A stretch of DNA of 64,000 nt from an uncultured virus (IMG/VR IMGVR_UViG_3300018428_002561) (IMGVR_UViG_3300018428_002561); one strand, 5' to 3'; counted from the first letter of the stretch, positions 17,585 through 28,009 are shown. Numbers and translations: made by a program. The notes: generated by a model from the sequence alone, not told the origin.

Positions 17585-18392
17585 CATTAAAACAAGATTA
17601 AATACTTCTATTCTTTACAAAAAGACTGACTGGCCATATCAACACGACAGCATGATTCCTAATACAAGTTCTAATTACTACGGACCTGATAACGAAAGAC
17701 TACACGAGCGTAACAAAAAATATCAAGATAGTAGTTGGATATACAATAACAAAGAGATTAATTACAACTTCAACAGTTTAGGATTACGTATGTCTAATGA
17801 AGTAGATTTAACCAAAGACTTAATTTATTTTAGTGGCACAAGTTATACTTTAGGTATTGGTGTGGACGAGAAAGATAGATACACTGATATATTGTCTAAA
17901 GAACTAGACACACCTATGCTAAGTTATGCTGGTCCTACATATAGCACTAAACTACAAGTTATATCATTTTTTAATTATGTAAACTTACACGGTGCTCCAA
18001 AAAGTGCATGTTTTGAATTTCCGCCTGCACACGGATATACATTTTTTACAGATCATTTTGCTTTTACGTTTACTGGCAGTCATAGGCCTAAATGCAATTA
18101 TGTAGAACCTTATGAATTACTAGAACGTACTGACTTCTTACAAAACGAAGCAGAAATATATGTAAACATGTTAGAAGTATTTTGTAAGACTAACAACATA
18201 CCATTAACTATGTTTAGTTACTTTCCTACTACTTTGCCTATTATACGTATTAATATTGATCTACTAGGTATCGAAGATAATAATGAAAAATTTGCTAGAG
18301 ACATTTGTAAACAAAACGGTACTATATCAGGCCATCCAGGTATAGGTGTACATAGACATACAGCAGATGTATTAAAGGATAGACTACTATGA
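17577..18392 (+). CDS. SGNH/GDSL-like hydrolase or acyltransferase
   Basis: FNSLGLR, FSGTSYTLGIGV (block I-like), C-terminal GHPG...H. Confidence 0.45.
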   Translation: MANIKTRLNTSILYKKTDWPYQHDSMIPNTSSNYYGPDNERLHERNKKYQDSSWIYNNKEINYNFNSLGLRMSNEVDLTKDLIYFSGTSYTLGIGVDEKDRYTDILSKELDTPMLSYAGPTYSTKLQVISFFNYVNLHGAPKSACFEFPPAHGYTFFTDHFAFTFTGSHRPKCNYVEPYELLERTDFLQNEAEIYVNMLEVFCKTNNIPLTMFSYFPTTLPIIRINIDLLGIEDNNEKFARDICKQNGTISGHPGIGVHRHTADVLKDRLL

Positions 18393-19057
18393 GCATAACA
18401 CTTTATACATCAGGTAGTACAGACGAACCTAAACAAATAACACATTCTTGGAAATACATTAATGAATGTGCTAGACGTAGTGCTAAAGAAATACAACTAA
18501 CCAGCAAGGATGTTGTACTAGATGTGTTTCCTGCTAATACTATTGCACATTGGACTATAACAGCGTATCCTAGCGTTTTAAGCGGCGCACAGTACGTTTG
18601 TAGCAACTTTACGCCATATACATACATACAAGCATTTAAACGCTTACAACCGTCTTATATTGCGCTTATACCGCGTCATTTAGAGCTTTTACAAAGTACA
18701 AAAGGCTTTAAAGACTTAGATATGAGTTGTGTACGTTACATGGTAACAGGTAGTAATAAAATAGATCAAGACTTTATAAATGCATTTAAAAATAGAGGTG
18801 TACAGTGTGTAGCAAACTGGTATGGTATGACAGAGTTTCCGCCACCTATTCTTATAGGGTATGACAGTCCTAGTTTTGACTTGTACAATCGACCAACTGA
18901 TGATCATATAATGTTTCACCCTGTATCTGCTACATCTAATTTAGGTGAAGCAATAATAAACGGTAGGTCTACAGGTGATATCTTTGACACACAAACAATG
19001 ACATTCTCGCATAGAAGAAAAGAAGCAAATGGAAAAACTTGGAAGACTGACGTTTAG
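18389..19057 (+). CDS. minimal ANL-family adenylation (AMP-binding) enzyme
   Basis: P-loop YTSGSTDEPK, WYGMTE, STGDIF; only 222 aa. Confidence 0.75.
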   Translation: MSITLYTSGSTDEPKQITHSWKYINECARRSAKEIQLTSKDVVLDVFPANTIAHWTITAYPSVLSGAQYVCSNFTPYTYIQAFKRLQPSYIALIPRHLELLQSTKGFKDLDMSCVRYMVTGSNKIDQDFINAFKNRGVQCVANWYGMTEFPPPILIGYDSPSFDLYNRPTDDHIMFHPVSATSNLGEAIINGRSTGDIFDTQTMTFSHRRKEANGKTWKTDV

Positions 19058-19574
19058 AACATTATCTAAAAATGACAGAGATGCTGTTGAGATATTTTGT
19101 AATTCTCAGTCTTATAGCAACAACACTTCTTTAGAAAAAATGAAATGGGACTGGTGCCCGTTTTGGTGTGCAGCATTTGACCAAGAACGTATTGTAAGTA
19201 TTGCTGGCGCACACGAACTTCCTGAAGTATCACCTAATGCCTATAGACTATTATTTAGAGGCGCACAATTACCAGGCTACACGTTAGGCACTGGTAGAAA
19301 TATATTTAAAACTGGAATACATTTAAGTTATCTATTGCCTATACAGATTGATTGGGCAACTAAAAATCCTAACGCACAACTTTATATTAGTACTAACATC
19401 AACAACGACGGTGGCAAAAGCCAACGTATGAATAATACTATTATGCCAATGCTTGCTAAAACAGGAATTTGGACTTTAGATCGTAAGATGGAGTTGTACA
19501 ATGTTCCGCAGAACTTGTGGCGTATTAATGTTTCAAAGTATATGGAAGAGCGTAGCCGTTCGCTAAACACCTAA
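19029..19574 (+). CDS. GNAT-like acyltransferase (putative)
   Basis: FRTLSKNDRDAVEIF start, AAFDQERIVSIAGAH, RLLFRGAQLPGY, consistent with GNAT beta-strand order. Confidence 0.45.
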   Translation: MEKLGRLTFRTLSKNDRDAVEIFCNSQSYSNNTSLEKMKWDWCPFWCAAFDQERIVSIAGAHELPEVSPNAYRLLFRGAQLPGYTLGTGRNIFKTGIHLSYLLPIQIDWATKNPNAQLYISTNINNDGGKSQRMNNTIMPMLAKTGIWTLDRKMELYNVPQNLWRINVSKYMEERSRSLNT

Positions 19575-20631
19575 AACTATATTCATCAAAGATAGTAAAA
19601 GGTTTCTTTTTAATCTCAATTTCTTTTACTTGATTTTGCCAATAGGGCGTATTCTTACTTGTTGCTTCATAATGTAGTGCAAGAAAATCTTCAATATGTT
19701 TTACAACCTTAACATATTGTCTATTGTAAACTTTTTGTTTACCATATAATTTAACTAGCATTTCAATTTGATACTGTATTAACCAAATTGCTTGTGCTTC
19801 TAAAGGTTCAATAAATCCAGCACTTAACCCTATGTTTAGTATATTATCTTGATATGGTGTTGGACAATATTTACTTTCCCAATGTAATACTCGCATTTTG
19901 TCTAATTCAAGAGTATACGGACACTTTTCGATAAACTCGCGTTTAGCATCTTCAACTGTTTGATGTTCAGTGCTAAACACGTAACCATTACCAATGCGGT
20001 TTTGTAAATAAATGTTCCACATCCAACCATTACTCATGGCAGTTGTTTCTGTATAGTACTTTAGCTCTTTATCATAACTAGGTGCTACTACAGCACAATT
20101 ATTTTTAAGGCGTGTACTAACCATTTCTCTTTTAGGAAATAATTTATTAAATCCTGTACAATTAATAATTAAGTCAGCTTGTAAATCATCAATAGTATCT
20201 AATGTACGTGTTTCTAATTTAACACCATTTGGCAATGCTACTTTATCACGCAACATAATACCAAATTTATTTGCATCTATATGATATGCATGACGCCATT
20301 TTTTATCTGGTAACTCGTAGTTTTCCATCCAATGCATTTGCTCGTCGTGTTCTGTTTCATCAAAACAAAAATGATGAAACCAACTTTCGCCGTGCCAATT
20401 TTTATGTTTAATTGTATACTTACGAACCGCATCACAATTATCAAATAAGTCTTGCTCAGTTAATCCGCAATCATGTATAAAGTCATACATGCTAGGCAGT
20501 GTACTTTCACCTACACCTATTATAGGTATATCTTGACTTTGGATAACTGTAATATCCCAGTCGGTCTTTTTAGAAAGATATGAGGCTGTCATCCAACCTG
20601 CTGTTCCGCCGCCTACAATAATTATATTCAT
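19525..20631 (-). CDS. flavin-dependent tryptophan-halogenase family protein
   Basis: GGGTAGW, IGVGESTLP, Lys in CDAVRKYTIK, GWMWNI (WxWxI), GFIEPLEA. Confidence 0.85.
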   Translation of the reverse strand: MNIIIVGGGTAGWMTASYLSKKTDWDITVIQSQDIPIIGVGESTLPSMYDFIHDCGLTEQDLFDNCDAVRKYTIKHKNWHGESWFHHFCFDETEHDEQMHWMENYELPDKKWRHAYHIDANKFGIMLRDKVALPNGVKLETRTLDTIDDLQADLIINCTGFNKLFPKREMVSTRLKNNCAVVAPSYDKELKYYTETTAMSNGWMWNIYLQNRIGNGYVFSTEHQTVEDAKREFIEKCPYTLELDKMRVLHWESKYCPTPYQDNILNIGLSAGFIEPLEAQAIWLIQYQIEMLVKLYGKQKVYNRQYVKVVKHIEDFLALHYEATSKNTPYWQNQVKEIEIKKKPFTIFDEYSFRCLANGYALPYTLKH

Positions 20632-21803
20632 ACGTTTATTTGTGTCCTTAAAAAAATATTTATTTTTCCTATGGGTATTTTAAAATGTAAATGGATTCTA
20701 TCTGTAGAACCTTTGTTAATCGTAGTGTGTATACGTTTTGTATTTACAATGTAAACATTATTAGGTTCTAATACATACGGGTGTTGATCAATAATAAAAT
20801 GCGAATCGTTATTAGCATACAACGGAATATGTACTCTTACATGCTCGTCTTTATCTGCGTGAGGCGGTATTCCAGAATTTTCAGGATGCCCAGTAATAAC
20901 TAATTCTTCTATATAAGGAATCTGATCGTATAGTTTTTTAGCAAAACCTTTGAGCATCTTAGTAGGCTTTATAATAGGATCAAATGCTTTCTTGTCTTTA
21001 CGCATACCTGGAGGCAATGGACGTTCGTCTACATTTTCGCAATTAGTTAATATAGCGTATCCGTATAATCCTTTTAGATTAGTTCCTGGAACTTCGGGCA
21101 TTGTCCATTTTAGGTAATCAAAATTATCTACAAGGTCATTATAGTATTCTTTAAGTTCATCAAAATTAAATTTTACATTTTCTATTTTTTTGCAATCAAA
21201 ATTTATTTGAGCTGGATCTAATATCCACTCTGTATTAAGTAATTCATCTACATTGTCTACAGGTATTTTAAATATTAAATGTACTCTGTCTGTGTCGCCT
21301 TGATTAATTGTACCATGTTGATTAGTAGTATTAATAAGATATGCTTTACCTTCTTGCAAATTATACTTTGAATCACCAAATACAAAATAACTTTGATTAT
21401 TCGTTTGTATAGGTATATGCACTTTTACAAACTCAGTATTATCTATATGTTGTTGTATAACTGTATCAGGTGGGTGGGCACTTATAACTGTTTGTCTAAT
21501 ATCAGGTATTGCATCTACAATATACTTGCCAAACCCAAATACAAGCTCAGTAGGATTATCAAACGTACCTAATACTTCACTGTCATGTTTAATGTCATAT
21601 GGCGGACAAGGCTTTGTAGTGTCTTTTAAATTACTTTGTATAGCCCAACTGTATACATTGTTTACTTTGTGATCTAATGTATTTGTACTATCTGGTTGCC
21701 ACTTTAAGTTGTCATACTGAGATACTTTAGCATAATAGTCTTTTAGTTCTTGCAACGAAAATTTAAAGTTAGGTAATTCTTTAATATCAAAATCAAACAT
21801 CAT
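20628..21803 (-). CDS. tandem two-domain AspH-like Fe(II)/2OG oxygenase
   Basis: Domain 1: QHID...VHIPI...HGTINQGDTDRVHL. Domain 2: PHAD...VHIPL...HTTINKGSTDRIHL. Confidence 0.8.
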   Translation of the reverse strand: MMFDFDIKELPNFKFSLQELKDYYAKVSQYDNLKWQPDSTNTLDHKVNNVYSWAIQSNLKDTTKPCPPYDIKHDSEVLGTFDNPTELVFGFGKYIVDAIPDIRQTVISAHPPDTVIQQHIDNTEFVKVHIPIQTNNQSYFVFGDSKYNLQEGKAYLINTTNQHGTINQGDTDRVHLIFKIPVDNVDELLNTEWILDPAQINFDCKKIENVKFNFDELKEYYNDLVDNFDYLKWTMPEVPGTNLKGLYGYAILTNCENVDERPLPPGMRKDKKAFDPIIKPTKMLKGFAKKLYDQIPYIEELVITGHPENSGIPPHADKDEHVRVHIPLYANNDSHFIIDQHPYVLEPNNVYIVNTKRIHTTINKGSTDRIHLHFKIPIGKINIFLRTQINV

Positions 21804-22218
21804 GATACCTTTCTAATAGACTATAAACATGTTTGTTATGACCTCTGTCATCTATTGTTTCGTTATTATAATACTTTTTAACATAGTTGGCAACAGCAAC
21901 ACTTCTCGATTGTCCTTTTGCACAATATACATGTAATGTAGCACCCTCTGGTATTTTGCGTATAAAACTTATAATTTGTTCTGCTTGTTTATCGCTACAT
22001 GCTGTGGCATGTATTATTCGTTGTGTGTTATTGTACCATTGTATTGCTTTTAATCCTGTTTTTTCAACATCTTCAAATTTTAAATTTAAAACATTATCTG
22101 CATCTGCCATAACAGGCTCAGAATGTATCCAATTACCATTACTGTGTATACCAATAAGATATTCGTTGTTAGGTATAGGGTGCATATCTTTCATTGCATA
22201 TGTTTTTACATTAACCAT
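21793..22218 (-). CDS. protein-tyrosine/dual-specificity phosphatase-like protein
   Basis: CX5R loop VYCAKGQSRS; LKFEDV; HNKHV; likely ATG 22218 after GAGGA (ORF track start 22239). Confidence 0.75.
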   Translation of the reverse strand: MVNVKTYAMKDMHPIPNNEYLIGIHSNGNWIHSEPVMADADNVLNLKFEDVEKTGLKAIQWYNNTQRIIHATACSDKQAEQIISFIRKIPEGATLHVYCAKGQSRSVAVANYVKKYYNNETIDDRGHNKHVYSLLERYHDV

Positions 22219-22859
22219 GCTTTTACGTCCTCGATCCACACTTTACCATAAAGATGTACTCTGTCTGTTGTACCTTTGTTTTCAACACTATGAGGAAGTG
22301 TTGTGTTTACAAGATATGCCCAACCTGGTTCCATGTGATATTCTTTACCGTTTATAATCCAATTACTATCTTTGTTAGTGTGTATAGGAATATGTACCCT
22401 AATTTTATCTGGACTGTCTTGATGTGTAATTAATTTAGTTCCAGTTACATGCTCAGTTACTAACCATTTTTTACTACGAAAGGGTAGACTTTTAACAAGC
22501 TCTAATCCGTATCCTGTAAAACATTTTCTAGGATTTAATTCATCATTATCATTATCCCTATACTCCGGTTTTGCACAACCTTGCTCAAAAGGTTTAGGAC
22601 CTTCTTCGTCACTATTCCAGCATAACGTATAATAACCAGTTTCGTCTGGTATAATATGTCCAGTCTCCCCAGTAGGGTCACTAATTGGAAACTGCCACAC
22701 ATGATGATTTTCTCCTACAACAAATTTCCAATCTTTATAATTTTCTTGTAGATCATTATACCAATCCTGTAACTTTTTGACATCAACACAAAATATACGT
22801 TTAACGTCAAATCCTAGATCAACTGTTTGATGCTCTTCTATATATCTCTTCATTTCCAA
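22206..22859 (-). CDS. AspH-like Fe(II)/2OG oxygenase
   Basis: THQD...IRVHIPI...GWAYLVNTTLPHSVENKGTTDRVHL. Confidence 0.8.
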   Translation of the reverse strand: MEMKRYIEEHQTVDLGFDVKRIFCVDVKKLQDWYNDLQENYKDWKFVVGENHHVWQFPISDPTGETGHIIPDETGYYTLCWNSDEEGPKPFEQGCAKPEYRDNDNDELNPRKCFTGYGLELVKSLPFRSKKWLVTEHVTGTKLITHQDSPDKIRVHIPIHTNKDSNWIINGKEYHMEPGWAYLVNTTLPHSVENKGTTDRVHLYGKVWIEDVKAWLM

Positions 22860-23593
22860 TTAACTAAATCCATAAATTTATCATTGCGTATATCTGAAAT
22901 AATATTTGCCCTTGCTGTTGGACTAAAGTTTGTAGTAGAATGTGTAACTCTTGAATTTATAATATAAACATTTCCTGGTTCAAAGTTATATTCTCTATTC
23001 CATTTTTCTCCCCAATAAAATTTACTATTGTCATATGTCATAGGAATATGTAATCTAGCACAGTATCCGTCTGTATGCGGATGAAGTATATGCTCAGGCA
23101 TGTGTTGCGTTATTCGTGGATTGTAAATATAGTTGCCTATTTCTTCTACTATAGATTTCCATTCTCCAAAATTATATTGGGTAAGATATGTATTATCATT
23201 ATAATCAAAATCTTTTACAACATTACCGTCATTATCAAAGTAACTTTTTAATTCTGTAAAAAATTCTACGTCAGCAGCCCAAGGAGGCGGAAGGGGTACA
23301 TCTCTGTGAGTTGGCCAAGTTAATGTCCACGAGTTAATTAATGCTTCATATGTTTTGTTACGTTCCCATTCGTAATCATTTGTATCGGTAGTAAATTTAT
23401 TATTGACAGATTCTTTTATGTACTCAGAACATGTTTGAAAATTAAATTTTAAATAATCTAAGTTAGATGTAACAATATTATACCAATATTGTAAATTTTT
23501 TATAGCTATTTTTTTATCTAATATAATAATGTCCCATTCTAAACTTTCTAAAACTGACAGGTCAACTTGAGAAGGTTTTAGAACTTTATCCAT
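22850..23593 (-). CDS. AspH-like Fe(II)/2OG oxygenase
   Basis: PHTD...RLHIPM...GNVYIINSRVTHSTTN...R. Confidence 0.75.
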   Translation of the reverse strand: MDKVLKPSQVDLSVLESLEWDIIILDKKIAIKNLQYWYNIVTSNLDYLKFNFQTCSEYIKESVNNKFTTDTNDYEWERNKTYEALINSWTLTWPTHRDVPLPPPWAADVEFFTELKSYFDNDGNVVKDFDYNDNTYLTQYNFGEWKSIVEEIGNYIYNPRITQHMPEHILHPHTDGYCARLHIPMTYDNSKFYWGEKWNREYNFEPGNVYIINSRVTHSTTNFSPTARANIISDIRNDKFMDLVNWK

Positions 23594-24335
23594 TAGTCAT
23601 TCCTATTACATTTAAAATATGGTCTTCTGTTACCCTTGTAATTATATGAGATCTATAGTCGTCACTTTCGTTAGTAGTTCCATGCCAATCTCCAGTGTTA
23701 AGAATATATGCTTTACCTTCTTTCATATGATACGAACGTTCTTTATTTTCTCCGAAATGGAAAAAACTGTTTTTGTTGCTTTCTATTGGAATATGTAATT
23801 TAAGTACTTTACTATCTATATGTTGACGTATATACATACCTGGATGATGTCTAGTAACAATCGCTTGTCTAAATGCATCTGATCCTAATTCTTCTACTAA
23901 CTGTTTGAAATAGCCAAATTGTAATTTAGGCATAATTTTTGCATCGTTAATAAAGTTATCATAATCTACTTCAGGATACATTTCAGCATTACACTGTGCT
24001 GGAGGAGGCAGTGCTTCGTAACGTTCTATAGGCCATGCTAAAGTTACACCATCAATTGGTCCGCAATAGTAACCGCAATACCCTTGCTCTACCATTTCTT
24101 TACTTTTTTCTAAATTAAGTTTTTCGGACATCTTGTTAAAGTTAAACAACATGTAATCAAAATTTTCTTTAACGTCAGTCCACCATGCTTTTAGACTTTC
24201 GACATCTACGTTATAATTTAGTTCAATTATATCCCAATCGTTACTATTATATAAGAAGTCGTGCGTTAAGCCATGATTATCAGGATCGTAGTTTTTAATT
24301 ATTCTCGAATCTTGGGTGTGTTGTGCGTTTTCCAT
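23586..24335 (-). CDS. AspH-like Fe(II)/2OG oxygenase
   Basis: QHID...KLHIPI...GKAYILNTGDWHGTTNESDDYRSHI. Confidence 0.8.
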   Translation of the reverse strand: MENAQHTQDSRIIKNYDPDNHGLTHDFLYNSNDWDIIELNYNVDVESLKAWWTDVKENFDYMLFNFNKMSEKLNLEKSKEMVEQGYCGYYCGPIDGVTLAWPIERYEALPPPAQCNAEMYPEVDYDNFINDAKIMPKLQFGYFKQLVEELGSDAFRQAIVTRHHPGMYIRQHIDSKVLKLHIPIESNKNSFFHFGENKERSYHMKEGKAYILNTGDWHGTTNESDDYRSHIITRVTEDHILNVIGMTNG

Positions 24336-25764
24336 TTCTTAACCTTTCTCTCATATCCATTGCGACATAGTCATGCCCATATAGCACTAAGTCTTCCGGA
24401 ATCATTTCTTCAAATTTAAACCAATGCTGTTCAAGTTGTTCTGGTTCTACATTCCATTGTAGCATTTCGCTTGACCAAATGTTTGTAGTCCACAGTACTT
24501 TTGTTCCTTGTACAGTATTTATTAGCTCAAATAACTGGTTAGGTTGGGTCACTATGTCTACTACGTTAAAGGTATGTTTTAGTTGTCTGTATCTATCCCA
24601 TAACTCTTTAAACGCTTCTCTACCCCCATGTTCTTTAACTTCTTGTTCCCAAAACTTTTTATAGTTTCCTCTGTAAGTACTACTAAAGTTATAACTGAGA
24701 TCATGCTCTAATAACCATTTGTCTAAATCATATCCATCCCAAGTTTCTAGCAAATGTTTTTTGTAATTTAAACTTGCTTCACACCAATCAAAATAATTTA
24801 CTGTAGTGTCTTTATGAAAACCGTTCGAGTTTAGTATAGCAAGTGGCTTAAATCCAGCGGCTGCACTAAACAAATGATCAATTAATTTACCATCTGTTCT
24901 TACACCTTCACCTGATAGTGTTTCTGTGTTAAATGCGTATACTCTATCCTTTTCTATAAATTCTTGATAGCCAAGTTTGCGTATCCAAGCCGCTTGACTT
25001 TGGTTTAGTCCATCATCTTGATCTTTGTTAAGCCATGCATTTGCAAGTTGCTGTGTATTCTCATATGGATATAAAAATACTTTACAATCACGCATGTCAT
25101 TTGTTAAATTATCTATTCTTATGCCTGCTCGTATAGCAATATCTATCCAGTTGCTTCCATCTGCTGTAATTTCAATATGGCTTTCTTGTGCGTTGTCTGC
25201 AGGACCTATCCATTCAGGAGTATAATGACTGTGTACTGTATTTTCACTAAGTTTGTAATTTTGTAGTAAAGGCTTTCTATCCTTAAATACGCCCATTTCA
25301 TCAAACTTCGGCTTGCCAAGTTCTACCCATTTTTGTAAATTAACAAATAGATATTGTCTATGTAACCCAGGATACGAACCTTGAATTCCTGTTTGTGCTT
25401 CTTTGTCCATTATATGACCTATTGCAAAGAAGTCTTTATTGTTATCATAGTAATTTAAACTTTGAGTTATTAAACTAGGGCCTCTAAATAAAAGTAGTCC
25501 TTGACATGCAATCATTGCAAATTCTTTATCTTTTTGAAGACTTTGTTCTAATATTTCTTCAACAGTTTTATGAAATCCTACATAACTACACATGCCCATT
25601 TTAATCATACGATTAATATAAAAATAGGTCATATCAAAACATCTTTTTTGTAACCACTTATTATCTATGTCACGATTAATATTGAGTATGCCAATTCCTA
25701 CTCTGTTATCAATTTTTAGATCTTCGTAATAACGATCAATAGTAATACTATTCCAGTCTTTCAT
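24295..25764 (-). CDS. large hypothetical enzyme (possible GT-A-like N-domain plus Rossmann-like C-domain)
   Basis: 489 aa; QYLFVNLQKW resembles the GT8 INLxxW motif; SAAAGFK...VNYFD resembles a SAM/nucleotide-binding motif. Confidence 0.45.
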   Translation of the reverse strand: MKDWNSITIDRYYEDLKIDNRVGIGILNINRDIDNKWLQKRCFDMTYFYINRMIKMGMCSYVGFHKTVEEILEQSLQKDKEFAMIACQGLLLFRGPSLITQSLNYYDNNKDFFAIGHIMDKEAQTGIQGSYPGLHRQYLFVNLQKWVELGKPKFDEMGVFKDRKPLLQNYKLSENTVHSHYTPEWIGPADNAQESHIEITADGSNWIDIAIRAGIRIDNLTNDMRDCKVFLYPYENTQQLANAWLNKDQDDGLNQSQAAWIRKLGYQEFIEKDRVYAFNTETLSGEGVRTDGKLIDHLFSAAAGFKPLAILNSNGFHKDTTVNYFDWCEASLNYKKHLLETWDGYDLDKWLLEHDLSYNFSSTYRGNYKKFWEQEVKEHGGREAFKELWDRYRQLKHTFNVVDIVTQPNQLFELINTVQGTKVLWTTNIWSSEMLQWNVEPEQLEQHWFKFEEMIPEDLVLYGHDYVAMDMRERLRNGKRTTHPRFENN

Positions 25765-25765
25765 T

Positions 25766-26464
25766 TTACCCTCTATTAGTATAGTAACTTTCTCTTAAGA
25801 CATAGAAAAAATCTCTAATGCGTCTGCCAAGTTCATAGTGTATGATCATATGTATTCTTGGCTTATCGCTGTTATTATATACAGCATGTACATTAGATAT
25901 ATCCATTAGGAATGCACTACCATTATTATCAAATGGAACTCTGCCATGATCTTTAAAAACAAATCTACAACCTTCAGGATTGTTCAAACTAATATTACAA
26001 ACACTTAAACGCTTTTCTTCATCTGCTCTATCTTGGTGTGGAAGAATATATCCACCTGGTTCGAGTAACATAAACCTTACACGATTTAAAAATTCCGCTG
26101 GCCATACATCAGTTAAAAACTTTTTTGTTACTGGACATTCATCTGCTACCCAAGTCCAATCTAACTGTTTAATTGATTCTTGTCTATCACCATAACTATT
26201 CAATGTTTGGGTGTCTTCATTTAGTCCGTGTAGTGTTAGACTTTTCCAGCCTTCGCCGTATTCATCTCTGTGTACATGAAACTTATCTACAAGTGCTTCT
26301 GCTTCTGCATACATTTCTTTCCAAGGTTGATTATCTAATGCACTTAATCTAAAACACGGCCAGCCGCTTTCCATTACAACCCATTTAGGATCGAATTGTT
26401 CTGGATATATTATGTCTATTTGCTTATCATTTTCGGACAAATATTTCTCTAATTCAGCATTCAT
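25766..26464 (-). CDS. AspH-like Fe(II)/2OG oxygenase
   Basis: WKSLTLHG, RVRFMLLEPGGYILPHQD, VHAVYNNSDKPRIHMII. Confidence 0.85.
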   Translation of the reverse strand: MNAELEKYLSENDKQIDIIYPEQFDPKWVVMESGWPCFRLSALDNQPWKEMYAEAEALVDKFHVHRDEYGEGWKSLTLHGLNEDTQTLNSYGDRQESIKQLDWTWVADECPVTKKFLTDVWPAEFLNRVRFMLLEPGGYILPHQDRADEEKRLSVCNISLNNPEGCRFVFKDHGRVPFDNNGSAFLMDISNVHAVYNNSDKPRIHMIIHYELGRRIRDFFYVLRESYYTNRG

Positions 26465-26532
26465 GTTTACTTTTTTCTTTACCCCGTGTTGTTAAATATA
26501 CTTATGCTAGTTTTTAAGGAGTATGTTTAGTC

Positions 26533-27567
26533 GTGAGATGCAAATATCTTGATAATCAAATCAATGTTGGCACCAACGGATCATATAGATTATGCTGTAT
26601 GAGCTTAGAACCCGAAGGCGAATACAATATCAAAACACATACACCACAAGAATGGCACAACAGTGAATTCCATAGAGGTATCAGAGAGCAAATGGCTAGA
26701 GGTGAATGGCCTGATGCTTGTAGACGTTGTAAAGAAATGGAAGAACACGGATTACAAAGTCAACGTCAAAAAGAAAGAAGATACGGTCCAGGACTTAGCC
26801 ATTTAGACTTACGTTTAGGCAATAGTTGTAATTTAAAATGTATTAGTTGCTGGCACATGAGCTCTAGTTCAATAGCAGAAGAAGCCGTTGCTATGCACCA
26901 AGCAGGTGTTACACCATTGCATGGCGTATTAGACGTTCCACACTTTAATTGGGCTGACGACAAAGCATTTGATAAATTACTTGATCTACCAATACACGAA
27001 GTATATATGACCGGCGGCGAACCTATGATGGTAAAACATTTGCCACGCTTTTTAGAAAGGTTAAGTCCAGAAACAATTATACGGTTTAATACTAACTGTA
27101 CAATTTGGAATCCTAAATTAGAAAAATTACTTAGGAAATTTAATATGGTAATTATGAGTTTTAGTTTAGATGCGACTGACGATCGCATAAACTATATTAG
27201 GCACGGCACCAAATGGAAAGAAGCAGAAGAAAATGCAAAACGTTGGGCTGATTTTTGTAAGGTTGATATAAGTCCAACTATTAGTATTTTAAATGCATGG
27301 TTCTATGATGATATAAAAGAATATGCAGACAAGCGTAATTGGAGCGTCTTTGAAAATTTACTCATGACACCCGACTGGTTACATGTTAAGAATGCACCCG
27401 ACGAATTGAAAGCACAATTTCAAGGTGTAGATAAATGGATGAATGAACCTGCTAATCTACTTAAACAAGAAGAATTTAAATATAATATTAATAAGTTAGA
27501 CAGCTGGCGTAAAATGTATATAAAGGATTACCTACCTCCGGTAGCAAAAGCATATGGACTTAATTAA
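26533..27567 (+). CDS. radical SAM enzyme with N-terminal SPASM/twitch-like Cys cluster
   Basis: CNLKCISC, TGGEP; N-terminal C...RLCC...CRRC. Confidence 0.85.
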   Translation: MRCKYLDNQINVGTNGSYRLCCMSLEPEGEYNIKTHTPQEWHNSEFHRGIREQMARGEWPDACRRCKEMEEHGLQSQRQKERRYGPGLSHLDLRLGNSCNLKCISCWHMSSSSIAEEAVAMHQAGVTPLHGVLDVPHFNWADDKAFDKLLDLPIHEVYMTGGEPMMVKHLPRFLERLSPETIIRFNTNCTIWNPKLEKLLRKFNMVIMSFSLDATDDRINYIRHGTKWKEAEENAKRWADFCKVDISPTISILNAWFYDDIKEYADKRNWSVFENLLMTPDWLHVKNAPDELKAQFQGVDKWMNEPANLLKQEEFKYNINKLDSWRKMYIKDYLPPVAKAYGLN

Positions 27568-28009
27568 AACAAATAAACAAAAAAAGCGAAGTGTTTACAA
27601 AGGCGATGGTTACTATAGAAAACTATGGCATTTTGTAGATATGATATGGCTAGATGAACATGTAAAAATGCTAAACAGTATTGTTCCTAACTATGTTGTA
27701 GACTACGGACATAACGAAGATTCTATGTGGTTAGACACAAAAGAAATAGATGGAGTTCCAGCAAGTACACTAGAACACACACCTGAATTTATAAAAAGAG
27801 TATATAAATTTTGTTTAGAAAATATTGAGCAGACTTTACCCTATGTACATGGCGACTGGGTATTAAGTAATATAATTGTTAACGGTGAAAACATGTATAT
27901 GGTCGATTGGGATAATTGCAATGTATATCCTAAACATATAGTTATAGAAAAAATGCAAAAAGACTTACGTAGTGCATTTGGAGATAAATTTGACCCCTCA
28001 AGCATTTAG
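27554..28009 (+). CDS. small protein-kinase-like/APH-type phosphotransferase
   Basis: HGDWVLSNII catalytic loop and VDWD. Confidence 0.7.
   Translation: MDLIKTNKQKKRSVYKGDGYYRKLWHFVDMIWLDEHVKMLNSIVPNYVVDYGHNEDSMWLDTKEIDGVPASTLEHTPEFIKRVYKFCLENIEQTLPYVHGDWVLSNIIVNGENMYMVDWDNCNVYPKHIVIEKMQKDLRSAFGDKFDPSSI

Noticed and set aside
19525..19574. Convergent 3' gene overlaps (here and at 30304-30339) as an antisense system
   Set aside because: Short tail-to-tail overlaps are common in compact phage genomes; no further supporting signal
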